Below, piece by piece: positions 29,713 to 38,249 of a DNA stretch of 64,000 nucleotides; the stretch's first letter is position 1; every line of letters starts with the position of its first letter. The DNA lies in contig JAHPZJ010000023.1 in the NCBI GenBank assembly GCA_019058245.1, forward strand, positions 1 through 64,000, read 5' to 3'. The notes beneath the pieces are model-generated. The model searched no databases and had not been told where the DNA came from. It worked only from the letters and a program-made list of their open reading frames with translations. The DNA comes from Promethearchaeota archaeon (GTDB taxonomy: Archaea; Asgardarchaeota; Lokiarchaeia; Sigyniarchaeales; SOKP01). The translations under genes were made by a program, and so were the position numbers.

Positions 29713-31362
29713 TTAATAATTTCCTTCAAAAATTTCTTTCTTAACCAATTCAAATTCAAGTGATTCTTGAGATTTAATCCCTAAATTCCACTTTTCACAA
29801 ACATCCTTTGCTCTTTGAGATAAATATGCAATATCACTACGATCAATTAAATCCATATTAAATTTCCTTGTACCTGCGAGTAATTGCTTTATACCAGTAC
29901 CTAATTTACTAAAAAGATAGGTGTATACTCCAACTGCAGAAGGAGGGATATCTCTATCTGGATAAATTCTTTTTAAATTATCATATTCAACGAAAGCTTC
30001 ATTAAGTCTTAATCTCTCATGCTGCTTATGGTCTCTTAGAATGCCTAGACTTTTTAGCATTGCTGGCGATGCCTTATTTTTTTCAATTATTTCGCCAACA
30101 TATTTTGCTTTCATTGCTGCTGTTATAGGAGCTCTTGCCATGGCAATGCATTTAACAAATGGTGCGCCCATTGCAAAAGCTTTAAACATTTGAGTTTCGT
30201 TTGCAAATCCTCCTGCAATAGCTATTGTTGGAATAGAGACGTTAGGATTTCGCTCTTTAATTAGATCTAAACAACCAACTACTAAAGCTTCTAAATAGGT
30301 TGTAGGAATTGATCCTTCATTCATCATACTTACAGGACTCATGCCAGTACCTCCACCAGCGCCATCAAAAGTCATTCCATCTACTTTTCCTTCAATACCC
30401 AATCGTATAATCCATGCTGTAGCTGCAGGTCTATAAGCTCCTGTTTTAATAAAAATATTTTTAGCTCCGCCTGAACGCAATTGATCGATTTCTTCTAAAA
30501 CTTCATCAGTAGTTGATAGCCCTACTCTACTATGTCTTTCAAAATCAGGAATTAAACCCTCTTTCCATTGTTCAATAACTTTGGGATCAGATGGGTCAGG
30601 AAATACTAAATATCCTCTACTCTGTAATAATTGGGCTCTCTCTAAACTTTCCAATCTTACTTCGCCACCTATTGCTTTTGCTCCTTGACCAAATTTAATT
30701 TCAAGTGATTCTATATCTAATTTTGAGGTTACATAGTCAAAAACTCCTAATCTTGTATCTTCAACATTTTTCTGAACAATGATATCCCCATGCTTACCAT
30801 CCCATAATTCTCGATATGTATTGATTCTACACTTCATATCCTGTGTATCAATAACTTGTGGAAATGCTTGGTGATTTGCAAATTTTGCATCTGGGTCCAT
30901 ACCTACTACATTTTCTCCGATTGTAAGACTTATACCTGATAATGCGGCTCCCATTGCTAATCCATCCCAATTTCTTTTTGCAACATATGTACTTCCTAAT
31001 CCTGCTATAACAAGAGGTAATTTTTGTTTGATATTTCCCCATTTTGATGTCAGATCGACATTAGGAAAGATTACTTTATCTTCATCAGCTTCAATACCTT
31101 GGGCACCTCGAACTTCAAACTGAATTTGAAAATCACCATATGATAATCCAAAATCTTTTGGAGAACCTGCTGTAGAATCTCCAAAATATTCTCTTTGAGG
31201 ATATAACACTTCTCGACCTCTTAGAGCAGATTTTGAAACTTCACAAAAGACAGGGCAATCAGCTATACAGATTGGACATAATCCGCTTTCACAAGAATCT
31301 TCAACTCTTGTTCTCGATCCAATCATACTTGATGTGTGGGTAACCATTGAAAATTTTGTCAT
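29713..31362 (-). CDS. stand-alone FMN-binding glutamate synthase family protein
   Basis: SGLCPIC..DC..FCE, EIKFGQGAK.IGGE, DGAGGGTGMSP. Confidence 0.88.
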   Translation of the reverse strand: MTKFSMVTHTSSMIGSRTRVEDSCESGLCPICIADCPVFCEVSKSALRGREVLYPQREYFGDSTAGSPKDFGLSYGDFQIQFEVRGAQGIEADEDKVIFPNVDLTSKWGNIKQKLPLVIAGLGSTYVAKRNWDGLAMGAALSGISLTIGENVVGMDPDAKFANHQAFPQVIDTQDMKCRINTYRELWDGKHGDIIVQKNVEDTRLGVFDYVTSKLDIESLEIKFGQGAKAIGGEVRLESLERAQLLQSRGYLVFPDPSDPKVIEQWKEGLIPDFERHSRVGLSTTDEVLEEIDQLRSGGAKNIFIKTGAYRPAATAWIIRLGIEGKVDGMTFDGAGGGTGMSPVSMMNEGSIPTTYLEALVVGCLDLIKERNPNVSIPTIAIAGGFANETQMFKAFAMGAPFVKCIAMARAPITAAMKAKYVGEIIEKNKASPAMLKSLGILRDHKQHERLRLNEAFVEYDNLKRIYPDRDIPPSAVGVYTYLFSKLGTGIKQLLAGTRKFNMDLIDRSDIAYLSQRAKDVCEKWNLGIKSQESLEFELVKKEIFEGNY

Positions 31363-31389
31363 AGTTATAATTTAATTAAATTAATTTTG

Positions 31390-31403
31390 GGGAATATAAT
31401 CCC
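31390..31403. promoter_or_regulatory. GGGA-N6-TCCC operator, copy 1
   Basis: GGGA ATATAA TCCC between TATA box (~31438-45) and start codon 31362. Confidence 0.65.
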
Positions 31404-31440
31404 ATTATATTTAGTTATATTATATTAGAAATATTCATTA

Positions 31441-31468
31441 ATAAACTTTAAGGTGAAAAATTAAACAA
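31441..31468 (-). promoter_or_regulatory. BRE/TATA promoter block shared with the hdrBC-gltB operon
   Basis: ATAAACTTTAAGGTGAAAAATTAAACAA, 27 of 28 nt match 36869-36895. Confidence 0.7.
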
Positions 31469-31733
31469 CTATGTAACAATTATTAAATTTTCAATAATTT
31501 TCTTTAGTATTTTGAACTCTAATATGAACAAACTAAAAGAAAAGATAAAGCTTGTTGAAAAGGTTTTAATAATAGATATTTTATTATTAAAACTTAATGG
31601 TTTTTATTGAACAAATTTTATATTTTTAAAAAAATGAATGATAAAATTACTACGATAGGGAATTTTTTCTATATTTTACATCCTATAAGATAGTAATTAT
31701 ATGAACCATTGAACTATAACTCTAAATAAGAGT

Positions 31734-32585
31734 TTACACTAAGTAACCGCAGTAATTTGATTCAAAAGGTCTTTTTGAAATTGGTTTAATAACTTTAAAA
31801 GGTTTTTCATCAATAGTGGTAATAGGAATATTAAATGTTTCACAGAAATCTTTTATATCATTTTCGATTTCTTTTTGATCTTCTTCTGAAAGTTCAAAAA
31901 TTTTAGCTCCAACTCCTAGTCTGTCTTCAATATTTTCATCTGTTCGAAGAAATATAGCACCCCTATGAATACCTGTACCTAGTTCTGAACCACAAATTGG
32001 TTGCGGATTCTCAATTATAGTACCATCTTGCAAAATTTTCAGACCAAGTACAATAATTTTACCACCAGCCATAGATTCACCTAAGAAATCTTTAGCGGTG
32101 CCACCGATTATTAAAGTGGGGAATTGATCTTCATATTCTTTCATATGTATACCAACCCTATAACCTACATCTCCCTTGACATAGATTTTCCCTCCTCTAG
32201 AAGACAATCCAATAACGTCTCCACCATCACCGTCAATAATCATTTTCCCGTGATTCATGGTATTTCCTGATTGATCCTCACAATTACCATTAACCTTGAT
32301 TATTGGACCATCCATAAAAATACCTAAATCATTTCCGGGAATACCATTAATCGTAATTTCAATATTTCCTTGTAGTCCAGCACCTATAAATCTCTGCCCA
32401 CAAACATTATTCAAGATGATATTTGTGAAATTTTCATTAATTGCTCCATGGATCTGTGTATTAAGATTTCTATAATCAATTGGATTTCCATTTGGAGCAG
32501 CATCTATCTCTATCATATCATCCATTCCAATTTCGTAAATTTTTTGTTTTGTTTTCTCAACTATCATATTTTTATTCACCAGCAT
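31734..32585 (-). CDS. gltB3: glutamate synthase GXGXG domain (GltB3)
   Basis: VCGQRFIG, GIPGNDLG, GYRVGIHMKEY. Confidence 0.9.
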   Translation of the reverse strand: MLVNKNMIVEKTKQKIYEIGMDDMIEIDAAPNGNPIDYRNLNTQIHGAINENFTNIILNNVCGQRFIGAGLQGNIEITINGIPGNDLGIFMDGPIIKVNGNCEDQSGNTMNHGKMIIDGDGGDVIGLSSRGGKIYVKGDVGYRVGIHMKEYEDQFPTLIIGGTAKDFLGESMAGGKIIVLGLKILQDGTIIENPQPICGSELGTGIHRGAIFLRTDENIEDRLGVGAKIFELSEEDQKEIENDIKDFCETFNIPITTIDEKPFKVIKPISKRPFESNYCGYLV

Positions 32586-34092
32586 GTTTTACTCCTAAAA
32601 TTTCCGCAATATGCGGATTTGGACCAATATATCTTAATCGGTCTCTATTTGAGCGGAGCGATTCTACTGAATCAATACCCATCGCTCCTAAAACTTCTTT
32701 TAATTCTTCATTCCAAGAATGAAATAAATTTTTTATCCTATTTTTTGCTATATCAACATCTAATCTTTTTACTAAATATTTTTGCTGAGTAGCTATACCC
32801 CAAGAACACAGCCCTCTAAAGCATTGCTGACAGACTCTACATCCCATTGCTATTAAAACAGGCATAGCACACATACCAATATCTGCCCCTAAAGCAATAG
32901 CTTTTATCAGATCAGCAGAATATCGAATCGAACCACCAGCAATTAAGGTGACTTGATCTCTTAGTCCTTCTTGCCTTAATCTCTCATCCACAGCAGCAAT
33001 GGCCAGCTCAATGGGAATCCCTGCATGGTTCCTAATAATTCTTGGAGCTGCCCCAGTTCCACCACGAAAACCGTCTAATGTTAAAAAATCGGCTCCACCT
33101 CTAACTATACCTACGGCAATTGGAGCAGAATTATGAACTGCTGCTATTTTCACTCCAACTGGTACTTTGTAACGTGTAGCTTCTTTTAAAGCAGCAATCA
33201 GTTGAGCCAAATCTTCAATTGAATATATATCATGATGAGGATATGGTGATAACGCATCACTTCCCTTAGGAATCATTCGAGTTTGGGAAATTAAACTACT
33301 AACTTTCTCACCTGGTAAATGCCCACCATGACCTGGTTTTGCACCTTGTCCTATTTTTATTTCTAATGCAGCAGCATTGTGTAGATAATTCAAATCCACC
33401 CCAAATCTTCCTGAAGCAACTTCTGTAATGATATTTGGAGCGTATTCAAAAAAATCGGGATGTAATCCCCCTTCACCTGTACCTGCTACAATATTTAATT
33501 CCTTTGCTGCTTTATAGATTGCATGACATGCATTATAACTAATGGAGCCTAAAGACATATGACCTACCATAATAGGCATGTCCATTTCAAAATTTGGCAT
33601 TAATTTTGTTTTTAAAGAGACTCCTTCCAAATCATCTTGATCAGAGACAAAAGTTAATTTCTCTGGTCTTCTTCCAAAAAATATCTTAGTTTCAATTTTT
33701 TCTCTTAAAGGATCAATGGAGGGATTGGTAACTTGACATGCATCTAAAAGCAAATCATCAAATATTGAACGTATTGGTCTATCATTACCAGTAGCAGCTA
33801 ATAAAACACCCCCATCTCCAGATTGGGCCCATATAATGTTTCTAATTTTTCTTGTATAATTTCCATGAGGAGGCAGAAATGATTCATTTTGAACTATTCT
33901 TATTGCATTTCCAGGACACATAACAGCACACCTCTGACAAGCAACGCATTTTTGATCATCAGACACAATTTTTTCCCCATTGAAGGATAAAACTCCATAT
34001 GAACAGTGATTAACACATCGTTTACACTTTTTGCATTGTTCTCTGTTTATCTCAACCTTAAAATAATTAAGGATTTCATGCACAATTGCCAT
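32572..34092 (-). CDS. gltB2: archaeal glutamate synthase FMN subunit with 2[4Fe-4S] (GltB2)
   Basis: two CxxCxxCxxxC, GTGEGG, EIKIGQGAKPG, PHHDIYSIEDL. Confidence 0.93.
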   Translation of the reverse strand: MAIVHEILNYFKVEINREQCKKCKRCVNHCSYGVLSFNGEKIVSDDQKCVACQRCAVMCPGNAIRIVQNESFLPPHGNYTRKIRNIIWAQSGDGGVLLAATGNDRPIRSIFDDLLLDACQVTNPSIDPLREKIETKIFFGRRPEKLTFVSDQDDLEGVSLKTKLMPNFEMDMPIMVGHMSLGSISYNACHAIYKAAKELNIVAGTGEGGLHPDFFEYAPNIITEVASGRFGVDLNYLHNAAALEIKIGQGAKPGHGGHLPGEKVSSLISQTRMIPKGSDALSPYPHHDIYSIEDLAQLIAALKEATRYKVPVGVKIAAVHNSAPIAVGIVRGGADFLTLDGFRGGTGAAPRIIRNHAGIPIELAIAAVDERLRQEGLRDQVTLIAGGSIRYSADLIKAIALGADIGMCAMPVLIAMGCRVCQQCFRGLCSWGIATQQKYLVKRLDVDIAKNRIKNLFHSWNEELKEVLGAMGIDSVESLRSNRDRLRYIGPNPHIAEILGVKHAGE

Positions 34093-35323
34093 TAACTAAA
34101 CCTCCTTCATATTTTGATTTTAGTTTCATCAAAGATGGTTCGAGACCATTTCTGACTAATCCTTTCCCTAACATGGCAATAGTTGCTGTCCCGCTTTTGG
34201 GATGCCAAATTTCTTTCATTGAAAAATTATTATTTGAGGAAGTCAATCGTTTAAATGAGGCTTCTTCACTACTCATGTATATAGTATTTTCATCATCCGA
34301 AATTGCTGCAACTAGAGGTCTTAATTTCTTTCTATCAGTTAATCCAATCATTGTAGGAACGGGGTTTGAATACCCAACAACAATGGAAAATGGTCCATTT
34401 AACATTGCACTCCTGTATGTTGCTCTTATTGATTTAAGAATTATTTGATCTTTCTTGTCTAACTTTTCAATCTCATCATATAATGGAGGTGCCAATGCCA
34501 TAGTTGCAATGGATAATGGTAATTTGTGTTTACGACATAATAAATCGAATAAGTATGCAATGACTTCTGTATCAGTGAAAAGAGTGCATTTATACCCATA
34601 TGAACTTAAATATCTTTGATTCGTTCCATAAGAAGTTATTTCTCCATTATGTATAACTGAACAATTTAACAAATTAAAGGGATGAGCACCCCCCCACCAT
34701 CCAGGAGTATTAGTAGGAAACCTAGAATGTGCTAACCACATATATGCATTATAACCTGAAATCATGTAAAAATCAGCAATCTCATGAGACCAGCCATTTC
34801 CTTTAAATACACCCATATCTTTACCAGATGACATAACAAATGCATTATTAATATTTGCATTGATTTCCATTACAATCTTTAATATTATTTCATCTGGTTC
34901 AAGATTATTGCTTTTTTTAGGATCGAAAAAAGCTCTCCAGATAATTGGGGGATTATCAATATTAGTTGGTGTATTTGTTGGAATAGCTTCTGATGCGATA
35001 ATTGTACCATTATTTCCTAAATAATGCAAAGTGTTTGTTTTTGCCGCAATAGTGTCGAAAAGGAAATGAAATGCGTAGTAATCCTTATATTTTGGATAGA
35101 TACCGTAAGCCGCAAAACCCGCTCCTAATCCATTTTCTCTTTCCTTTAGAATACTTATCATATCAATAACTTTATCACCTGAAACTCTACTACCATCAAT
35201 ATTAATAAAACCAGAGATTCCACATCCATCAAATACCCTCTGATTTCTGTATTGTTCTGGTAATGATGTATAGTTTTCCCATCTCATGTTATTACTCCTC
35301 CAGTTTGGTATTTTCTCTTTCAA
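34076..35323 (-). CDS. gltB1: glutamate synthase class II amidotransferase domain (GltB1)
   Basis: GCGISG, RENGLGAG, HSRFPTNT.GWWGGAHPF, HNGEI. Confidence 0.92.
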   Translation of the reverse strand: MKEKIPNWRSNNMRWENYTSLPEQYRNQRVFDGCGISGFINIDGSRVSGDKVIDMISILKERENGLGAGFAAYGIYPKYKDYYAFHFLFDTIAAKTNTLHYLGNNGTIIASEAIPTNTPTNIDNPPIIWRAFFDPKKSNNLEPDEIILKIVMEINANINNAFVMSSGKDMGVFKGNGWSHEIADFYMISGYNAYMWLAHSRFPTNTPGWWGGAHPFNLLNCSVIHNGEITSYGTNQRYLSSYGYKCTLFTDTEVIAYLFDLLCRKHKLPLSIATMALAPPLYDEIEKLDKKDQIILKSIRATYRSAMLNGPFSIVVGYSNPVPTMIGLTDRKKLRPLVAAISDDENTIYMSSEEASFKRLTSSNNNFSMKEIWHPKSGTATIAMLGKGLVRNGLEPSLMKLKSKYEGGLVNGNCA

Positions 35324-36617
35324 TTATATTAAATAGTTCTTTTAAATCTCCAACATCAGGTTTAACGGTTGGCAATCCAACCCTTTTTCTAGCTGTTTTT
35401 GAAAGCATTCCTATGATTCCTTTGTCATGGAATGTGTTAAATTCATTTTCATATCCTTTAGTAATAAACCCTCTTTCTTTTGCTAAATTTCTTAAAACTG
35501 TAAAAATTTTGATTAATCCGACATCAAATGGACAAAGCTCAAAACATAAATAACAGTCGAGACACATCCAAATAGCAGGATCCGAAATTACTTCATTTAA
35601 TTTTCCTTTAAGAATCTTACCTATAATCATATTAGGACTAAATTCAGTCATCTTTGAAATGATGCAATCATTATCACATGCCCCACATGAGTAACATTTA
35701 ATTAAAAAATTTAAATCAAAGAATTTTTCTATCTCTTTGTTCTTTTCCTGGATAAGATCAATCTTTTCAAAAAATGAATCTACTTGAGTTCTATGATGTT
35801 TCTTAATAATATCTTTGATGTCTAAACCTAATGCAATACATAATAGTTCAGAATAATATAACACAGGGATGTCATATATAGCATCATTTTTTTTTAATTC
35901 CTGTTGCAGATGATCAAATTGCATATAACATTGAGGACAACAGACAACAATGCAATCGATATCTTTTTCTTTTATACTGTCTAATTTCGCCTGAATAATT
36001 TCTAAAGATAAACTCGTATTTCCGGCTCTCTCAAGACTGCCTCCACAACAATCCATTTTAAGATCATAATCAATACTCTCAGCACCCAAATCTTCAATCA
36101 ACTCATCAAAAATTTTTGGTTCTATAGGATCATCTGTCTGGACTTTATTGCTTGGTCTGAGGAAATGGCATCCATAATGCACCGCAACTCTTAATCCAGT
36201 CAAGGGGTATCTTAAATTATCTGCAATTGTACTTCTTTTGAACTTATAAATAAATTCAACCAGATGAAATACTTCAGATTGACCCTCTGCTTTAATGTCA
36301 ATCTTATCTAAGTAATTATTTATTTTCCTTTTGAAATGGGAATCTGTATTAAGTTCTATTTTTATTTTTTTTAATGTTGTAAAACAACCATTACAAGGTG
36401 TTAAAATTGCTTTATTTTCAACCTCGGCAAGTCCAAGATTGCGAGCAGCGGTAATAGAATATAACAACTTATCACTATTTTTAATCCCATTTGGATCTGG
36501 ACAACAAGAAAATTTAGGGTTTTCAGCAAATGGTATTCCGAGATTATCTAACACTTTTCTTATTGAAACTTCAATAAAGGGAAATCTGTTTGCTATCACG
36601 CATCCCGGGAATAACAT
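35292..36617 (-). CDS. HdrB-HdrC fusion (CCG domains plus 2[4Fe-4S])
   Basis: LFPGC, SCCP, CNGC, HYGCH, CCGG, CPQC, then CYSCGAC..C and CLDCYLC..LCP. Confidence 0.88.
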   Translation of the reverse strand: MLFPGCVIANRFPFIEVSIRKVLDNLGIPFAENPKFSCCPDPNGIKNSDKLLYSITAARNLGLAEVENKAILTPCNGCFTTLKKIKIELNTDSHFKRKINNYLDKIDIKAEGQSEVFHLVEFIYKFKRSTIADNLRYPLTGLRVAVHYGCHFLRPSNKVQTDDPIEPKIFDELIEDLGAESIDYDLKMDCCGGSLERAGNTSLSLEIIQAKLDSIKEKDIDCIVVCCPQCYMQFDHLQQELKKNDAIYDIPVLYYSELLCIALGLDIKDIIKKHHRTQVDSFFEKIDLIQEKNKEIEKFFDLNFLIKCYSCGACDNDCIISKMTEFSPNMIIGKILKGKLNEVISDPAIWMCLDCYLCFELCPFDVGLIKIFTVLRNLAKERGFITKGYENEFNTFHDKGIIGMLSKTARKRVGLPTVKPDVGDLKELFNIIERENTKLEE

Positions 36618-36821
36618 TATTTCTTGCTGAATTTTTTTTAAACCTCTTGTATTATTTTAATTTTTTAGAAAAATATAGAGAAAAATTAAGTAAAAAAGCT
36701 AAAAATATAACTCAATATTTTTAAATTAGTATAGTACCATCTTTACTATCGGGTTCTTATACTTTTTATCAATCAATATCATAATTTTTTGCTTTTTTTT
36801 CAATTTCATTTTTTTATTTAT

Positions 36822-36835
36822 GGGAAAAAAATCCC
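36822..36835. promoter_or_regulatory. GGGA-N6-TCCC operator, copy 2
   Basis: GGGA AAAAAA TCCC about 30 nt downstream of TATA (36866-73) of the hdrBC-gltB operon. Confidence 0.65.
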
Positions 36836-36868
36836 TTTTATTTTAATAATATAAAGATAATGTTATTT

Positions 36869-36895
36869 ATAAACTTTAAGGTAAAAATTAAACAA
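36869..36895 (-). promoter_or_regulatory. BRE/TATA promoter block of the hdrBC-gltB operon
   Basis: ATAAACTTTAAGGTAAAAATTAAACAA. Confidence 0.7.
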
Positions 36896-37328
36896 AAAAG
36901 TAATGTTTCTAATTTTTATAATATTTTTTTTTAGATTAAATTTAAAAACCTGAAAATATTTAGGAATAATCCAAAAAAAATGAAAATCTTTTTTTTCCAA
37001 AATAACTCATATTAAAACTTATTGTTTTTTTTTGAACATTATTATAAAAGTTATATTAATATATATTATGAAATTTTAAATAATTAATTTTTTGTTGAAA
37101 TTTGTATATAAAATAATAGATTTTGTTTTACAAAATAAAATTTTGTTTATGCTATATTATATCGTAAAGACATACCTGGTTATGGTTATAATATAAACAT
37201 AAAAAATCCCCATAACAAAGATTTTAACCTATTTTTTTGATATGCTTTTTTTCATTGCTGTAAATACAATAATATAATAGTTTGAATTTTATATTTGAGT
37301 ATAATAAAGAGTACGAATAATCTTCAAT

Positions 37329-37529
37329 TTATTCAAGGATATAAATTGAAGAGTCAACTTTTTTAGAAATTTGATTATTATTACAGTTCATTTTAGAAGT
37401 ACAATTCCATTTATATTCTTTCTGTTTCTCACTAAATATACTTCCAAAACAAATAGTATTATTTTCGCATTGATGGAAAATAAACTTACCATAGGAATAC
37501 TCATTCCTACAACATGGACATTTTATCAA
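37329..37529 (-). CDS. small Zn-ribbon KWNC protein (paralog of 44146-44499)
   Basis: KCPCC.NEY...HQCE...KWNC; GAGG SD. Confidence 0.6.
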   Translation of the reverse strand: MIKCPCCRNEYSYGKFIFHQCENNTICFGSIFSEKQKEYKWNCTSKMNCNNNQISKKVDSSIYILE

Positions 37530-37577
37530 TTTTTAATTACCTCGTAAGATTTTTATCGTTTTTTCTATTTCATCAAT

Positions 37578-37799
37578 TTAATTTTCTTCAGAAACTTCAT
37601 ATAAACGTGGCTTCGTATTATTATATATTTTTAATTTTTCTGGTGTGGTTTCTTGAATTCTCTTTATGATTTTTATCAAACCATTAGAACTATTATACCC
37701 CATTGCTGTCGACCATTCTGCTACCGATGATCTTCCAAGTTCTCTCAATTTATCTAAGCATATTTGTTCGTATGTTTTAAACGTTTCCTGTGAAGTCAT
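37578..37799 (-). CDS. small winged-helix-like protein
   Basis: EQICLDKLRELG.SSVAEW..AMGY...KPRLYEV helix-helix-helix-hairpin pattern. Confidence 0.55.
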   Translation of the reverse strand: MTSQETFKTYEQICLDKLRELGRSSVAEWSTAMGYNSSNGLIKIIKRIQETTPEKLKIYNNTKPRLYEVSEEN

Positions 37800-37876
37800 A
37801 CTTAATATTTCAATTTATTATCTTAGTTTTTTAATTTTAAACTTACATTCTTTATAGAAATATATCTTATATTAAT

Positions 37877-37890
37877 GGGATGTCTCTCCC
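37877..37890. promoter_or_regulatory. GGGA-N6-TCCC operator, copy 3
   Basis: ATGGGA TGTCTC TCCCAT abutting minus-strand BRE-TATA (GAAAAACTTAAATA). Confidence 0.65.
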
Positions 37891-38249
37891 ATATTTAAGT
37901 TTTTCTAAACAATATTATAATTTTTTAGATATTTTATAAAATATATTACAACAAAAACTTTAACCAATGAACGGATCATTAGGAGTCATGGTTTTTAGTA
38001 AACAAAGTTTAAATGACTAGAATTTAATTAAAATATTTTATCAATTTTGTTGAACAAATTTTAAATTTTCAAATTGGAAATGATTGAATCTAAAGAAATA
38101 TGATAAACAATAAAAAATCTACTTAACTAAAGAAAGTAAAAAAATTATGAAATGAATAATAATTTAATAAAATAGAAATCTTAAATATTATATCCAAAAT
38201 TTCATATTTCTAATCTAACAAATCAACTAAAAATCCAATTAATTAAAAG

